A stretch of DNA of 64,000 nucleotides from Auanema rhodensis (taxonomy: Eukaryota; Animalia; Nematoda). Numbering within the stretch: position 1 is the stretch's first letter; each line of letters starts with the position of its first letter. The notes under the pieces are model-generated. The model did no database searches. It had not been told where the DNA came from and saw nothing but the letters and a program-made list of their open reading frames with translations. Position numbers and translations under genes: made by a program. Below, in pieces: positions 1 through 13,800 of this stretch. The stretch is from NCBI GenBank assembly GCA_964057225.1, contig OZ059895.1, positions 15,128,001 to 15,192,000 of the forward strand. The letters are read 5' to 3'.

Positions 1-1943
1 CATCCCTAAATTTCAAGTTTATACCATACAGTCTTAACTATGCCATCTAATTATTACATATAAACATTATTATGAAATTGATTATATGATGAATAAGCCA
101 TTAAAACTCCAAATCCAGGTCCAAGTGAGAAGAAGACTTGTGTAGCTGCATCTTGCCATACGGATGGTTCCTGCAAAAGCCAAATTCTCGTAGAAGTCTC
201 TGTTTAGAAAATTATTTCATCAGATAGTTAGTGGATTCTCTCGTATATGCTATATCTCAATCATCCTATATGCTCAAAAGTATTTAAATTTTGTCGTTTT
301 TTTCCTTTTTTGAGTTCAGAAAAAAAGTTTTTTTCGGTTTGTTTTGATGCTGCAAGAAAAAATGCTTCGCCTCACACCTTAAGCATGGTGAAATTGGGTC
401 GTAAGTAATAGTCAATTCCAACTTCAGATCCGGGAAGTGTAATTCCCCGTACAAACAGAATACCAAGAACCACATATGGAAATAAAGCTGTGAACCAGAC
501 TACCTGAAAGAGATAGAAGTTTTGTAATAAAATATTGTAAACATTTGCAGATTTCTTGAAGGAGAAAGAGAGACAGAGAGGGGAGAGGGAGAGAGAGAGA
601 AAGAAAAAAGTGAAAGGAAGGGGGAAAGAGAGAGCAAGAGAGCAAGATAAAGAAAAAGAGATTAAGAGACCTTTCCACTCATACCAATTCCTTTCCATAA
701 CGAGAAGTAACAAATGAGATAGACGACAGCTAACGATAGCTGAAAATAGATGAATTTCCAGCGAATAGAAGCATTTTGCTTCATGTTCTTACAGCGATTT
801 CATAGTTTACATCTCCCAGATTTTCGAGACTTCGAATTACATGAGATGTTGGCTCACCAGCAGCATGCAGACCCAGAAAGCCTTTGCTGAAAGTTTCTTC
901 TATGTCATTCGTTGGTGGAAAGCAAATCGTTGTTTTGAATAAATATTGTTTTGTTTCGGTGCAATAGCCTTCAGGCTAAAGCATATAATCTTGAAACTAA
1001 CTAGAAATATTCTTCAGCAGCTGAAATCCGTAATGTTGTATCTTCATTGGCTGTTCGACATTGTGAGGAATGATCTTGACTCCAACTACAACAAACATCA
1101 AGCTTATACTCCAACTTAATCGTCTACAAGCTTACTCAGGTTCATAACAAGCTGGACTGTTATAAGTATTGTTGCAACTTGCCCAAGGCAATTTTAAATT
1201 AAAAGATGAATAGAGGTAATGAAGACCCCAAGCCAGAACAACGTTATAGAAAAAGTCCGTATAGAAGGCAATCATAATAACACAATAGCCAATTCCTGAA
1301 CATCAATATCACAAGTTTAATCAGTTTTGCGAGAATAAGCTTGAAAGTTGGTCAAGTTGTTTCTGGTTGAAAAACCTTTAAAAAGCGGACATATACGTCC
1401 CCAGGTAGTGATAGCTCCTCTGCGATAGTACTGTCCCAATGACAGCTCCATATAGAATAGGGGCACTCCAGCTATTAGAACCATAACGCAATACGGTATT
1501 AAGAAAACTCCTATATCATTCAAAATATATATATAATTAGCATAAATAACTGGAATTAGCATAAACAGCTTGAATGAAAGCTTGTTACCTCCTCCATTCT
1601 TGAAGCATAGATAAGGAAAACGCCATATGTTGCCTAAATCAACTGCAAATCCAACGACCGAAAGTAAGAAATCAATCTGAACAAATTTCAATATTAATGA
1701 TACAACTTGAAAAATGCTGTCAAGTTTTTACCTTAGTTGACCAAGTCTCTCGTTCACATTCTTTGATTTGAACGGTAGTATCAACAACTGTATTTACATC
1801 CTTAGATAATCCATTTGATTGACAATCATCGTCAAATTCATCTAAGAACAATTCAGTAAATGAGGAAAAATAATGAAATTTTTTAATTTTTATCGATTTT
1901 TTGATAAATAAAATTTGATTTTAATGTTACTTACTCTTTTCAT
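1..1943 (-). CDS. dat-1: SLC6 sodium-dependent dopamine transporter, multi-exon; 3' end runs off the window start
   Basis: Spliced exons give MKKNEFDDD...RETWSTK|[30 protein letters not shown]|VFLIPY...[25 protein letters not shown]|[28 protein letters not shown]...|[25 protein letters not shown]...|[29 protein letters not shown]. These are SLC6 TM motifs closely matching remembered C. elegans DAT-1. The ATG at 1943 is inferred from a 10-nt first coding exon. Confidence 0.92.
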
Positions 1944-2700
1944 TTTCGAAAATACTGCTAGATGAATTAAGAAAAACTGGCATAAAGCTGGCTGATATTT
2001 GCCAACTTGGACAACTTGAAGCCTATTCTTATATTTTTTCTAAGAGAACAACTTAGAGCATGGTTTTTTTTTTTGAAGATTTCTATAGCAAGACCAAAAA
2101 AGATAGAGAGAGAGAGAGAGAGCAGAATGTGTTAAAAACCTTGTACGAGAAAAGAAAAATAGCTTGATTTCAGCTGCTACTGCTAAAGAGTAGAAGGAAA
2201 ATTGAAAATCTACGGAGCTTCTGTTCTCCAGATAGAAAAAAAAGGTTTTTTTTAAACTTCATTTGAAGAAAAGAAGACAGTTTATATGATAAAGGAATGA
2301 GTTTATGAGATTAATTTGGAGGAAAACGATGAAATTCGGATGAAGGAAACGGCTGGAGAAGGGCGGTCTGCATAGCTTTACCTTCAGAATTTTTATTTTT
2401 GATATTTTGTTCCTAGGTTTCCGATCTGTTCAAATAAGCGTATTTCAAATGGAAAAAAGAGAAAGAGTATGTAAGAATGTAGAGAATTGAAAGAGAAAAA
2501 CATAAAAAGAGCAATCATGGATATAAAGATAAAGAAAAAAAATACTAAAAGAGAGAAAGAGAGAAAGAGAGAGAGAGAGGGGGAGAGTTAGAAGGGGGTG
2601 GATAGTGGATGGTAGAAGAAGAAATATATTCTGAAAGAATAAAATGAATGAATTAGTAGCACAACCGTTCAAATAATGAAAAATTAAATGAAATGTAAAC

Positions 2701-2746
2701 TACACGTAAGCCTACACGTGAAATATCACGTAAAACTTCACGTATA
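2701..2746. repeat. Degenerate 12-bp-period minisatellite with CACGT core (4 units)
   Basis: CACGT starts at 2703, 2715, 2727 and 2739. Confidence 0.8.
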
Positions 2747-3984
2747 TTATGTAAATTTCAAAAAAGAAAAGAAGAAATATTCAAATGAATACAGTAAGAG
2801 AGAGAGAGAGAGAGACTTTCGAAAGCTAAAGTACAAAGTAACAATAACTCTTTGAATATATACAATTGAATTTTCAATATTATACTATACCATATAGTTA
2901 GTTATATGTATCTGTTTAAGTATATTTCTTCTTTCTTTTCCTTTTTTTTTGTTAAAGAAACTTCATGTTTGAACTTTCAATTCAAATATAAATTCATAAA
3001 CAGTTTAGAAATTCAAGTAAGAAATATGAAATTGAAGTTTTAAAAAAAAGTTTGGCTGATCATTCTATGTATACCTTTGGCTTATTGCCAATACAACGAT
3101 TATCCACGAAAAAAAAAATTTTTTTTTTCAGCTTTGAGCTGTGAGATCAACGACTTACCAGGTCTAGTCATTGTAATGCTCCAGAATATGCGTGTTATGT
3201 GTATGTACGTGTATACTAGTTACGTATGTTGTGTATATACAGGATGTCGGTGTTGAACCTTTACCTCCTAATCTTGCTTAGGCTTGTATTCAGAATGAAT
3301 GCTGTATAGGAAGACTTGAAGAAAGGCTTAGGAATACAGAAAATAAAATTAATTAAATCTGAATGAGCTGATATGCTCCAGGAGATGTTCTTCCTCTTCT
3401 GTTCAAGTAGATACGAGTTAATACACGTACACGTTACGTTGTTATCAGCCACGTTCGAATTATGCGAATGTACAGAGAGACGGCTTGAGAGGACGAACAA
3501 GAAAATCTCCGACGAATCGGGCAGACGTCGAATAAGAAGGTCTCAGATGCGAATAACGACAAGAAACAAGTTCGACGACTATGTGAAGTAAGCTTTAAGG
3601 CTTGGGAGAATGTAGAGGAGGTAAAGGTATAAATGTTTTAGTTTCTTATATCTTTTAGCTTGGCTGTTGAGAGAGGGAATGAAGGAGGGAGGGAAGGAGG
3701 GAGAGAAAGACAGAGAAGGAATAAAAGAGTGAGAGGGAGATATACGAAAGTGGAAGAGTATGAGCTTGAAGCCTGCTCAGATAGAGAGAAATGAGGACGA
3801 GAAGTAATGAGAGGTACACGGGGATACCTGGTATGAGAAAGACAAGACAGAGAGACATCGACACAAATTACCGGAAGATCATTATATAGATCGTTGTGCT
3901 ATGTAAAAGACTCAATGCAGATTTGATACTCTCTCTATTCCCCCTTCTCCATGACCCCCATTTTCAGTATTTCTTACTTTTCCC

Positions 3985-4017
<33 letters not shown>

Positions 4018-4222
4018 AACTCTTAACCCTACTTTCTTTACCTCTCTCTATCTTTCTGTCTCTCTCAATCTCTTTCCCTTCAATGTTCAATAGTAGATAT
4101 TCTCTTTGAAGCTTTACCTCTCAGACTTATTCTCCTTATTTGAAAGACAACGAAAAAAAGAAAAAGAACAAGAAATATCTTTATACAACTGTCTTATCCT
4201 CGTGGCCTATGAGACATGTATA

Positions 4223-4225
<3 letters not shown>

Positions 4226-4282
<57 letters not shown>
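4226..4282. repeat. (CT)n microsatellite, one of many CT/GA tracts in the window
   Basis: Directly visible dinucleotide run. Confidence 0.95.
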
Positions 4283-4285
<3 letters not shown>

Positions 4286-4734
4286 AAATTCTTAAAAATA
4301 TTTTGTGATGACAAATATGTAAAAAGGATTTGAGATATAAGTAAGTACATGATCGTTCGATTACAATATAATTTATCATCTTTTTTCTTTTCTTTACAAA
4401 CACACAAAAGTTTCCTACGCTTATTCTTTTTTTCTTTTCTTTTTTTTGAATAAAAAACAATGCTGGAACAAGCTTTAAGCTAAAACTTGCGTCTGTTTGT
4501 GTGTGTATGTCTGTGTGTAAATGATAAAATCCCAGCCACCATTATTAAAAAAATAAATATGAGCATACAGTAAGAATAAATAATTTAATTTATTTTAATT
4601 TTCAAAGCAAAGAAAACAAAAATATTATATATATATTTATACAAATTATATGATATAGTTAAACATATTTTGAATTGAAAATAATAAAAATATTCGTCTT
4701 CTTCTCTTCTTCTCTCTCTCTCTCTCTCTCTCTT

Positions 4735-4781
<47 letters not shown>

Positions 4782-6040
4782 ATCTATTTTTAGTATTCTT
4801 GTAGCCAAAAGTCACAAAAATCCATAATGTGATTTGAAATAAAAGCTATAAAACTCATCCCATTAAAGGATTTTTTATGTGAATAAATTTTACTTGGATA
4901 TAGCGTGATTACATCATTTCTAATTTTCATTTTCCTCTCTTGCTTTCAGCAGTTTTTTTTCTTTTTAACTTACAAACCCAAATAAGATGAAGAAGAAGTT
5001 GCTGATTCTCCAACTTTTTCTGCTGTTGCTGTTGCTGCTGCTTCCCCTTCTACCTCTAAAGCAAGCAAACTCTGCAAACGAGCGGAGAAGGAAACCAGCA
5101 ATGATGTTGACGACCTCTGAACACAAGTAGCATATTCCGTTTACTTGTGATACGCTCTGAAATCCTCACATAACATGATGCATGCTGCTTCTCCACTCAA
5201 TTCTCTTTCTAAGTTTCAGAGTCTCAACCTACTCTCAGCATTTTCATATTTTCTATTTCCGATATACATGTACATACACACACACACACACACAGATATA
5301 CATACACATATATGGGTAAACGAGAAAGATTTGAGTCAACGTCAAAGAAGTGAATGCTTAAGCTTTCAGTTTTTTTTAAAGTTTCAAGTTCATTTCACTT
5401 GGCTGCAGCGAGTACAGAGATGATTTCCGAACGAGTTAAAAAAACATTCGAATGAGCATAAAAGGATGAAGATAACTATATGTATAGTTAGTATTTTATA
5501 TTCAGTTTTATATAATATTTACAATTAATTATATGTATAATTAAATAAAAAAAATAGAAATTATGGTATAGTTATAGAACTAGACGAGTATGAACTAGAT
5601 GGATGATATAGAGAGATATAGAGCTATACATGTCTATAGAGGGGCCTAGAGCTAAACGAGAAATTTCTTATAACTATACATATATAGTATATATTTTATA
5701 TTTTATATACATAGTTAAAAGATCATTATATGACACAGTAAATACGGGAGAAAATGTGGAGAGGGGGAGGTGGGAAGGGGGCTGGAAAGGGGAACGATAG
5801 CAGATGATGATGGTGGGAAAGAAGAACAGTATTTTTCCTTTTTTTTTAGTTGGTTAAAGAGGTAGAAAGTAATAACAAGAACATAGCTAGCGATGTAAAA
5901 GCATAAGAAAAGCATCGGAAGAGGCTTCGAGTGACAAGAGAACAAGGCTTATGTGGGTCATGACTATATAGACACTGATATCATGGTCATTTAAGTTAAG
6001 AAGTGATGTCAGATAGTTACTGTATCATCTCAGTTGCTTC

Positions 6041-6297
6041 TTAGATTCCGAATCCCCAACCGGAAGAATTGTTCATCTGGAAGGGCTGTTGAAGCGGCTG
6101 ATATGGTGCTGCTGCTGCATGCATTTGTGCTGATAACGATGGCGATAGTTGCGGCAGATGCGGAGATACAGATGAATGAACGGAACCAGGACCCACAGAA
6201 TTCGCGGACACAAGAGATAAGTTAGAGCCGGTCATAAGATGATTAGTTGGATTAGGCATTGGTGAATTCATCAACTGTTGTTGTTGCTGTTGCTGTT

Positions 6298-6332
<35 letters not shown>

Positions 6333-7031
6333 TGTTGCATCATTTCTACCTTGGGACGTAGCTCATCATAGATCGGCTGAGCATACTTTCGAACCTTGAA
6401 AGATTAGAAGAGAATTAATAGTATTTTCCATGAAAAATAGATATTACTTACCTTCATAAGCATGCTTTCCTTCAATGTAAATGCCATTTTCTCTAGTTCA
6501 TGTCTGTAATAAGATTGTTTTTTGCATTTCAAACAGCAGAATTTTCTATTTTAGATTTCTATTATTTTAGAAACTTTGAATAGAAAGCGAGAGAGAGAGA
6601 GAGGGAAAGAAAGAGAGAGAGAAAGAAAGAGAGAGAGACAACATGAAGGTGAAAAGGATTATTAGTTCCGTAACTATATGTATAGTTTTGTAATTTCATA
6701 TGAAACAGCTCGATGTTTAATTTCACCGTTGTTAGATTTCCTATTAATCTTTTACATATTCTCTCTATCTCTCTTATATCCTATATATGTCATTCATCTT
6801 TTCTTTTTTTCACGTTTTTGACGGAAATCCGAACAGAAAGGGTGTGAAATTGGATGTAATTGAGCAATCCTTCTCGGTTCAACCTCTATTCGTTTGTATA
6901 AATTCAAAAAGAATATGCAAGTATATGCTGCTTTCTCTTCAACTATGTGTTCTCCTTCACCCTTTAGTCCCTTCTTTCTTCTCTTTATATTGTAGATCTC
7001 GTATTCATTCACACCTAATATCACCAATTTT

Positions 7032-7115
<84 letters not shown>

Positions 7116-8935
7116 CACCAAACTAAAATTGTTTATACCTTACACTGTAAAAAAAAAAGAGAAAAGGGGTTGGAAATGACGTTGGAAAAGAGAGATTCAG
7201 AGAGAAACAAGAAGGTGATGGAGAGAAAGAAAAGCGAAATAAGCTAAAAAGATATGAAAAAAGGGAAAAAGAAAGAATTTGAATAAATAAAAAAGAAATA
7301 ATAAATACATATATATATATATATACATGAATATGAACATATAGTATATATTTCAGGGAGATTTTAAAGTCAAAATCAAAATTTAAACATACGATCGTCC
7401 AACCACTTCACGTACATCCTCGAGACACAGCAGAAACTGAGGACGACCTGCTTCATGCGGCATATGCTTCTCGTCTTCCAATACAGCTTTGTCATTCTCA
7501 TCACACAAATACTTAAAATTATATTAATATTATAACTTATTTAGTATATATTGAATGTATAATTAAGATAATTATATATATATATTTATTAATAATAAAC
7601 TTACGCGGAACAGACGTGAGTATTGCAAAAAGAATCGACTTGGAGTTAGAAAAGTTAATGCAACAACCTATAATATATTTTTTTTAATTTCTCCAACTTG
7701 AAAAGCATAATTAAACCTATTTGGTTCACTTCTTCTCACATACGCTCAATCTATTCAAAATTTGAATATTCTAATTGGAATGTGAATATTAGCATATTAC
7801 ACGATCACGTATGAACTTGAAACACGCACACACACACACACACGTGACAACGTAATTTTCATTTTTAGCATTATTCATGCGGCATAAACGGTTGCTCTAT
7901 GATGTATTATATGTTTTTGCTAAATCGCTTTTTCCCAAAATACATACGATTTTTCATGAAAAATCAATTAATCAAAGTTACATTGGCGGCAGGAACGAAT
8001 GATGTGTATTTAGTAAAACGATCGGGATTCCATTTACTGATTTCATGTAATGTAAATGGTGTTTTATCAGTGCTTAATCGATCATCTTCCTATAAGTAAT
8101 GATAACAGTTACACTGATACAGTTGTAACACAACAGCAACAAGCACCTTTTTAGCTAGACGTCTTCTTTTAGCTCCACTTGAATGACTTAAAACACTCAT
8201 TTCAGAGTCATCTGATTCTTCTCCTCGTTGATTATAATAATCTAACTATAATAAGAAAAATAATAAATAAAATTTAGATTTATATAAACATACCTTATCT
8301 GGTATGCGACGATATGGCTCAGGCATTGTACGAAATTCCACCACTTTTGCATTCTCCTTCTCGACTGCGGGAGCTGGCTTCTCACGTAAAAATGGCTTCT
8401 TGGCTGCATCCAAAATGCCACAAATGAAATCATTCATGATATCATCATTAACAATCTAAAAAAAAATTTTTAAATGAAAATATGAGAACGGAAGTTCATT
8501 ATGAGCTTACTTGTCCATTTCGTTTTAAGTTTTCAATAGCTGGTGAAAAGGTTGTACGTATGTGTCTTTCAACAATCTGATGAATCTCTCGTGATATTTC
8601 ATTTTGATAAATCTAAGAGAAAATGACATTATAGTTGAACGAGAGAAGAGCTTTATGCTCATGTTGATGAGCATTAAATGTTTTTGAAAATGCTTACCAT
8701 GCGCATACGATCAAGAGATCGTTCAGCATCATCAGCTACACCAGCTTTATTACTTCGAATGACATGTTTTAAAGAATTAACCTACAAATTTCAATTAATT
8801 CAAGTAATATAAGGAAGAGCTTACAGTGGCTGAGCCTCCAGAGCTCTCACTAGACTCTAATAAGCCTTCCAGAACTCGAAGTCGCATATTAACTTTATTT
8901 CCATTGCCATGTCTGCTTTTCCGATCATACATCAT
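6041..8935 (-). CDS. saeg-2: DNTTIP1/SAEG-2 homolog (MiDAC histone deacetylase complex subunit) with C-terminal polyQ tail
   Basis: Exons splice to ...SLDRMRM|IYQNEISREIHQIVERHIRTTFSPAIENLKRNGQ|IVNDDIMNDFICGILDAAKKPF (dimerisation domain) and KWNPDRFTKYTSF...|YSRLFR|YLCDENDKAVLEDEKH...FLLCLEDVREV (SKI/DAC-like DNA-binding domain). It lies next to dat-1, as I recall for C. elegans. Extra 5' exons near 9340-9590 are possible. Confidence 0.8.
6275..6337 (-). repeat. Coding CAG/CAA repeat encoding 21 glutamines
   Basis: 63 nt of mixed CAG/CAA codons in the last saeg-2 exon. Confidence 0.9.
7034..7113. repeat. (CT)n microsatellite in a saeg-2 intron
   Basis: Directly visible. Confidence 0.95.
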
Positions 8936-9756
8936 CTGCTTAAGATTATTTTGAAGAAAATAAACAATGAAAAGCTTATGATGATGAGTAGAAGCTAATG
9001 AAATCAATCAATTCTCCTGTCATGCAAACGAAATCATTTAAAATAAAATTGAAAATCATATTTCAAACGTTTAAAATAAAATATTTTTGAAAGAAAATAA
9101 AAAAAAAAATATTCGAAAAATAACATGAAAAATGAAAAAAAAGGAAAAAAGGCGCTGAAGCTATTGATGAAGATGCCATAGCTGGGAGCATCATCATATA
9201 AGGTTTTCACCGCATATCCATCATAATACAGGTTTTCTATCACAAAATAATTATTATAATTAAAGTAATGTAACATATAACATGTATACAAAGATTAATT
9301 ATTCGTTTATCTTTGAAATTTTATCAAAAAGTTGATGGAAACTGTGTTAAATAGCGACGACATCGACAGCGAACTCGCGCTTGTTATGCTGGCCGCCGTC
9401 TGTTGAATTGCAAAGAAAGCAAGAGCAAATGCAAAAGTTAAGAGAGAAACAGAGAAAAATGTGCGAAAGAACATGCAAAGTGATGGCGACGAAGGGAAAA
9501 ATGCGAGATGAGAGATAGCGAACTTGGGAGAGGAAGAGAAGCCAGGGCGTCGGCGACGTCGTCGTATTGATTAGAGAGACTGCTAACATATTTTTCTCTC
9601 TCATTTTCCTTTTTTTCTCATTCCTCTCTCTCTCTTTTTTCTGTTTTCTATTCCCTTTTTTGTGTTCTTTTTCCTTTCAGTTCTGAAACATTTGCCATGA
9701 AAAGGTATGTGATAACAAGGCCATTTCATTCTTCAATAGTGCAGATGTTGTTGAGA

Positions 9757-9798
<42 letters not shown>

Positions 9799-10487
9799 GG
9801 ACACTCGCTATCGTTTTTCAACCATTTTTTAAAAATATTTTTCAAATTTTTATGTAAAAATAAAAAGAAAAAAATGAAAAAAGTACATTTCTATAGATTA
9901 ATGAATGGAAACTAAAACATTTTTATTCAAGCTTCAGCTTGGCTACGGTGTATGTTGCATCATGATTGCGATGTACTTTGACTTTTTGTAGTTGTAACAT
10001 GCCAAGTTTATGTTAAATGATTATGCTTTTCCAGTACAAATATATGAAAATGAAGACAAATTTATTAAAATTTTAATTTAAAAATTAAAAAAAAATAATT
10101 CGAATTGAATTTCAAGTGAACATGATATGATTGGAGGCGTTATCGGAGGGAGAGACAAATGAAGAGAGAGGGAGAGATGGAGAGAGATGGAGAGAGAAAG
10201 AGAAGGTTCAGAAAGAAAAACAAGGCAAATGAGAGAAGTATGGAAAAAAACTAGAAATAGCTCTTGTTCATTCGGATTTTTTTTTATAAAAAAAAACAAT
10301 GTTAGTTCTAATATTTACATGTATTTAATGCTGAGTATTATAAGTTGGAACCTGAGAATACTGAATGGAAACGATTTTCAATGAAAATCAGTTATATGGT
10401 TTGATTTTGCTCTGTAGAGGTGTGTGTGGAAAGAAAAGACAGGGAAGAAGGGAAGAGAGACAGACTGAAATGGTAGTTGGAGGGTGA

Positions 10488-10547
<60 letters not shown>

Positions 10548-10743
10548 TGAGAGGATACATGATTAGACAACATAACCCTGGAAGTTAAACTTGAAGTTTC
10601 AGATGATGATATATCAAGTTCTTAGCTCAGAAACTATTGGATAGAGATATAATGGTAATTAAGACCCGAATTTCGACAAATAAATGCAATTTTCAAAGAA
10701 ATAAACAAGGAGAAAATCTAAAAAAAATACTTTTTGATATGCA

Positions 10744-10841
10744 TCAAACCATCGTTGTATCGGCTGTGTAAAAGCGATTTGGATTATTGCCAAATTTCGG
10801 AGATCTGCTTATTGATCTGTAAACATATGCAGATATAACAG

Positions 10842-10878
<37 letters not shown>

Positions 10879-13800
10879 TCTAACTATATGAATATAAATA
10901 GCATAATCAACAAACCGTTGTAGTGATGATCCCCGACGAATCACGGATGCTCGCAAACTGTCTACGCGTTCAACTGCTCTCTGGACGCCTCGTGGCCAGT
11001 CATCTCCACGCAGATTTCCACAACATCGAAAAGCACATACACAACCTGTAAAAGCTTTCTACATATAACCAATTGTGAAGTTATTTGATTTTTGAATTTT
11101 GGAAAAATAAATTTGAAGATCGACAAAACGAAGAAGAGAAGATCAAAGAACCTCACCCAAATCTTCTATCGTTTTCATCATTTTTCAATTGTTCATCAGT
11201 CATAATTCATATATTTTATTGATTTGAGTGTCATGTATGCCAATAGTTTTACACAAAAAAAGTGTTCAAAAATGAAGAAAAATAGCTTTTTTCCCCGACT
11301 CAAAATCATTTAAAATTCATAAAATCTGATTTTTTTATTTCGAAACTTGAACATGTGATTGTTTCCATGAGTTTCAAATAAAATACTAAATTATGTGATT
11401 AGATAGCAGGTGTATCATGTAACTGCTCGCCTAGACGTACTTCAATTCATATTTACCCTCAGGCTAATAGAGTACTATTCAGAATTTTTCACTTGATTCT
11501 CACTGTCTACAAGCATTATAGGTTGAAGTAGTATCATGATACTTGATACGTCATACATTTGAACTTGATATGTGCTGTGTGTGTGTGTGTGTATGTGTGT
11601 ATGTGTGTGTGGTACTGTGTGATGATGAACAACAACAACAACAAAAAAAGACAAAAGTTGATGGTGAAAATCATAATATTCATGAACAGTTGTTAGGTCA
11701 TCAATACTTTTTTCACAACATTGCCAGCTATTGCTGTGAATTCTTGGCATTCTCGAAAAATTTTTCAACTCTCTGTCACAGAGCACGTGGAGGCTCTACG
11801 TGGCCTTAGCCTGAGCCTGCCAGTAAGATAATCAGCGAGCCGGAAAGCCAAGCAGCAATGTTTCTACTCCTCAGCATTCAAACAAGCCTGTTATCAGATC
11901 ATTCCACCCTCACTTTTCTTATCTCAACTATTTAGACGGCTGTTTTCTGCTTCTGATATCATCAATTGGAAGCTCATTTTCTGTTGTAAAATTCAAAAGA
12001 CATACGAGAAATTAATGAAAAAAAACGATCAAATTCTTTAAATTTCCCTCTCCACCAAAATTTTGTGAAATTCCAAAAATTTTTATTTTCTTTCCAGCTT
12101 TAACATGCCGCTTAATGACTTTGTTTCTTAGATGAGGATTGTGGCAAAGTAACACACATACACATGGCATACTCCGAGTAATTAGAATAATTAGTTTCAC
12201 GTGGAAAACACGTATTTCAATTTCACGTGCTTGCACTCAACGCCGTTTTTGAGTAAACGTTTGAAGACTATTTACGATTGTTTTGAAACATACATGTAAT
12301 AAGACAAGTTAGTAGGACTGCAACTCCTACAGCAACCACTAATGACAATGTGCCGGTATCAACACGATCCATCGGCTCTCCATTGAGTTCATGTCGTAAT
12401 TCTCCTTTAATTATAATAAACATATAATTTAATTAATTTGATAAAAATATTACCAATGACCTGCGTTAAAGCTGATGACCATTGATCAGTTTGAGCATAT
12501 TCATTAACTTCACTCAGAATTCGTCGTCGCTCATCTGGTGTTATATACTTTTCAGCTAATCTTGCTGGCCATATAATCATCTTAAAATACATAATAATCA
12601 GTAACTATATTATATAAAATAAAATAAAATAGAATTTGAAGTAAAATATGTTCTATTAACCTTTTTATAATGTTCCCAAACAAAAATTATAACAGAATTT
12701 CCACAATCACCTAATGCCCAACGTCCTTCTAAAGCTTTACAGAAAGCTTCAGCTCTTTCAGTTAATTGTCTAAAATAAACAAAAATTTAATGTATACGTA
12801 TAAAGAACATAGTTTATTGTTTTCTTTTTGCTTTTTCAAATCCTTTGAAATTAATGTAAATGTTTGAAAAAAATAAAAAATAACTAACGCTTCACTCGGT
12901 GAATGCATTTGCATTTGAAGATTCTTTACAATCGCTACGGACACAACAAAGCCATGAAATCCTTCGGATGCTGTTCCTTAATGTTTTTATCATTAACAAT
13001 GATACTTTCAAGCTCAACATGTCTAATGTTTAGCGCATAATCAAGCTAATTACCTGCAATCCCTGTGGTACATTGCGATCGTCGTTGACAATGACATGGT
13101 GTACCAACAGCCAGATCATACAGCAATCGGTTAATGGTTTGAGCTGGAGAAACGAAATGTTTATTTCAAGTTTATAACTTAGTCATTTTTTAGAAAAATT
13201 AGATTTGGTCAATAGGAAATGCTGAAGAAGCGCAATATAAACGTTTTTGTGTGGCGAAGCAGTAGAGGGGGGGGGGGGGGGGGGGGGGGGGTGAGAAAAA
13301 AAGTTTTTTCCTCTCTTCTGATCTGAGAGCTCCAAAGGCTCCGAAGGTTATAGGCTCGGGAAGTAAAAGAAGAAAAGAGACAAGTTTAAGTATTTAAGAC
13401 AAGCTATCTGTTCATCTATAGTTCTCTTTCCATTTCTGTCTTTTAATCTCTTTAAACATGACCGATTTCCGGACTCTTCATTCTGCTTCAATGAGTCCCG
13501 AAACGATTTGAATTCTTAGCCCTCTTACTCTCTTTACGGCTTAAACATAAGCTTTACTTCAATCCAATTCTCATAAATAGTATGTTTAAGACATATATAA
13601 CTGGTTAAGAACAATAGAGGAAGAGGAAGAAGAAAAGAAAGAAGAAAAAAAGTTAAAAAAAGCTTTTTTTCGGCTCAAAAAAACTTTTTTTGTTCTCGAA
13701 AACTCGAAAAGAATGAAATAGAAATGTATTACCTTGGCTATTATTGAGTATTCGATCTGGATCACACAGATATAAATGCTGTTTGTTATGTGGTAGTTGG

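Noticed and set aside
3261-3591. Overlapping ORFs upstream of dat-1
   Set aside because: No recognisable motif or consistent splice model.
4106-4407. ORFs rich in LSLSLS or ERERER, here and throughout the track
   Set aside because: Translations of CT/GA microsatellites, often with non-ATG starts.
4971-5156. Minus-strand block bounded by TTTCAG and GTAAG downstream of saeg-2
   Set aside because: The frame is ambiguous and cannot be linked to neighbouring exons.
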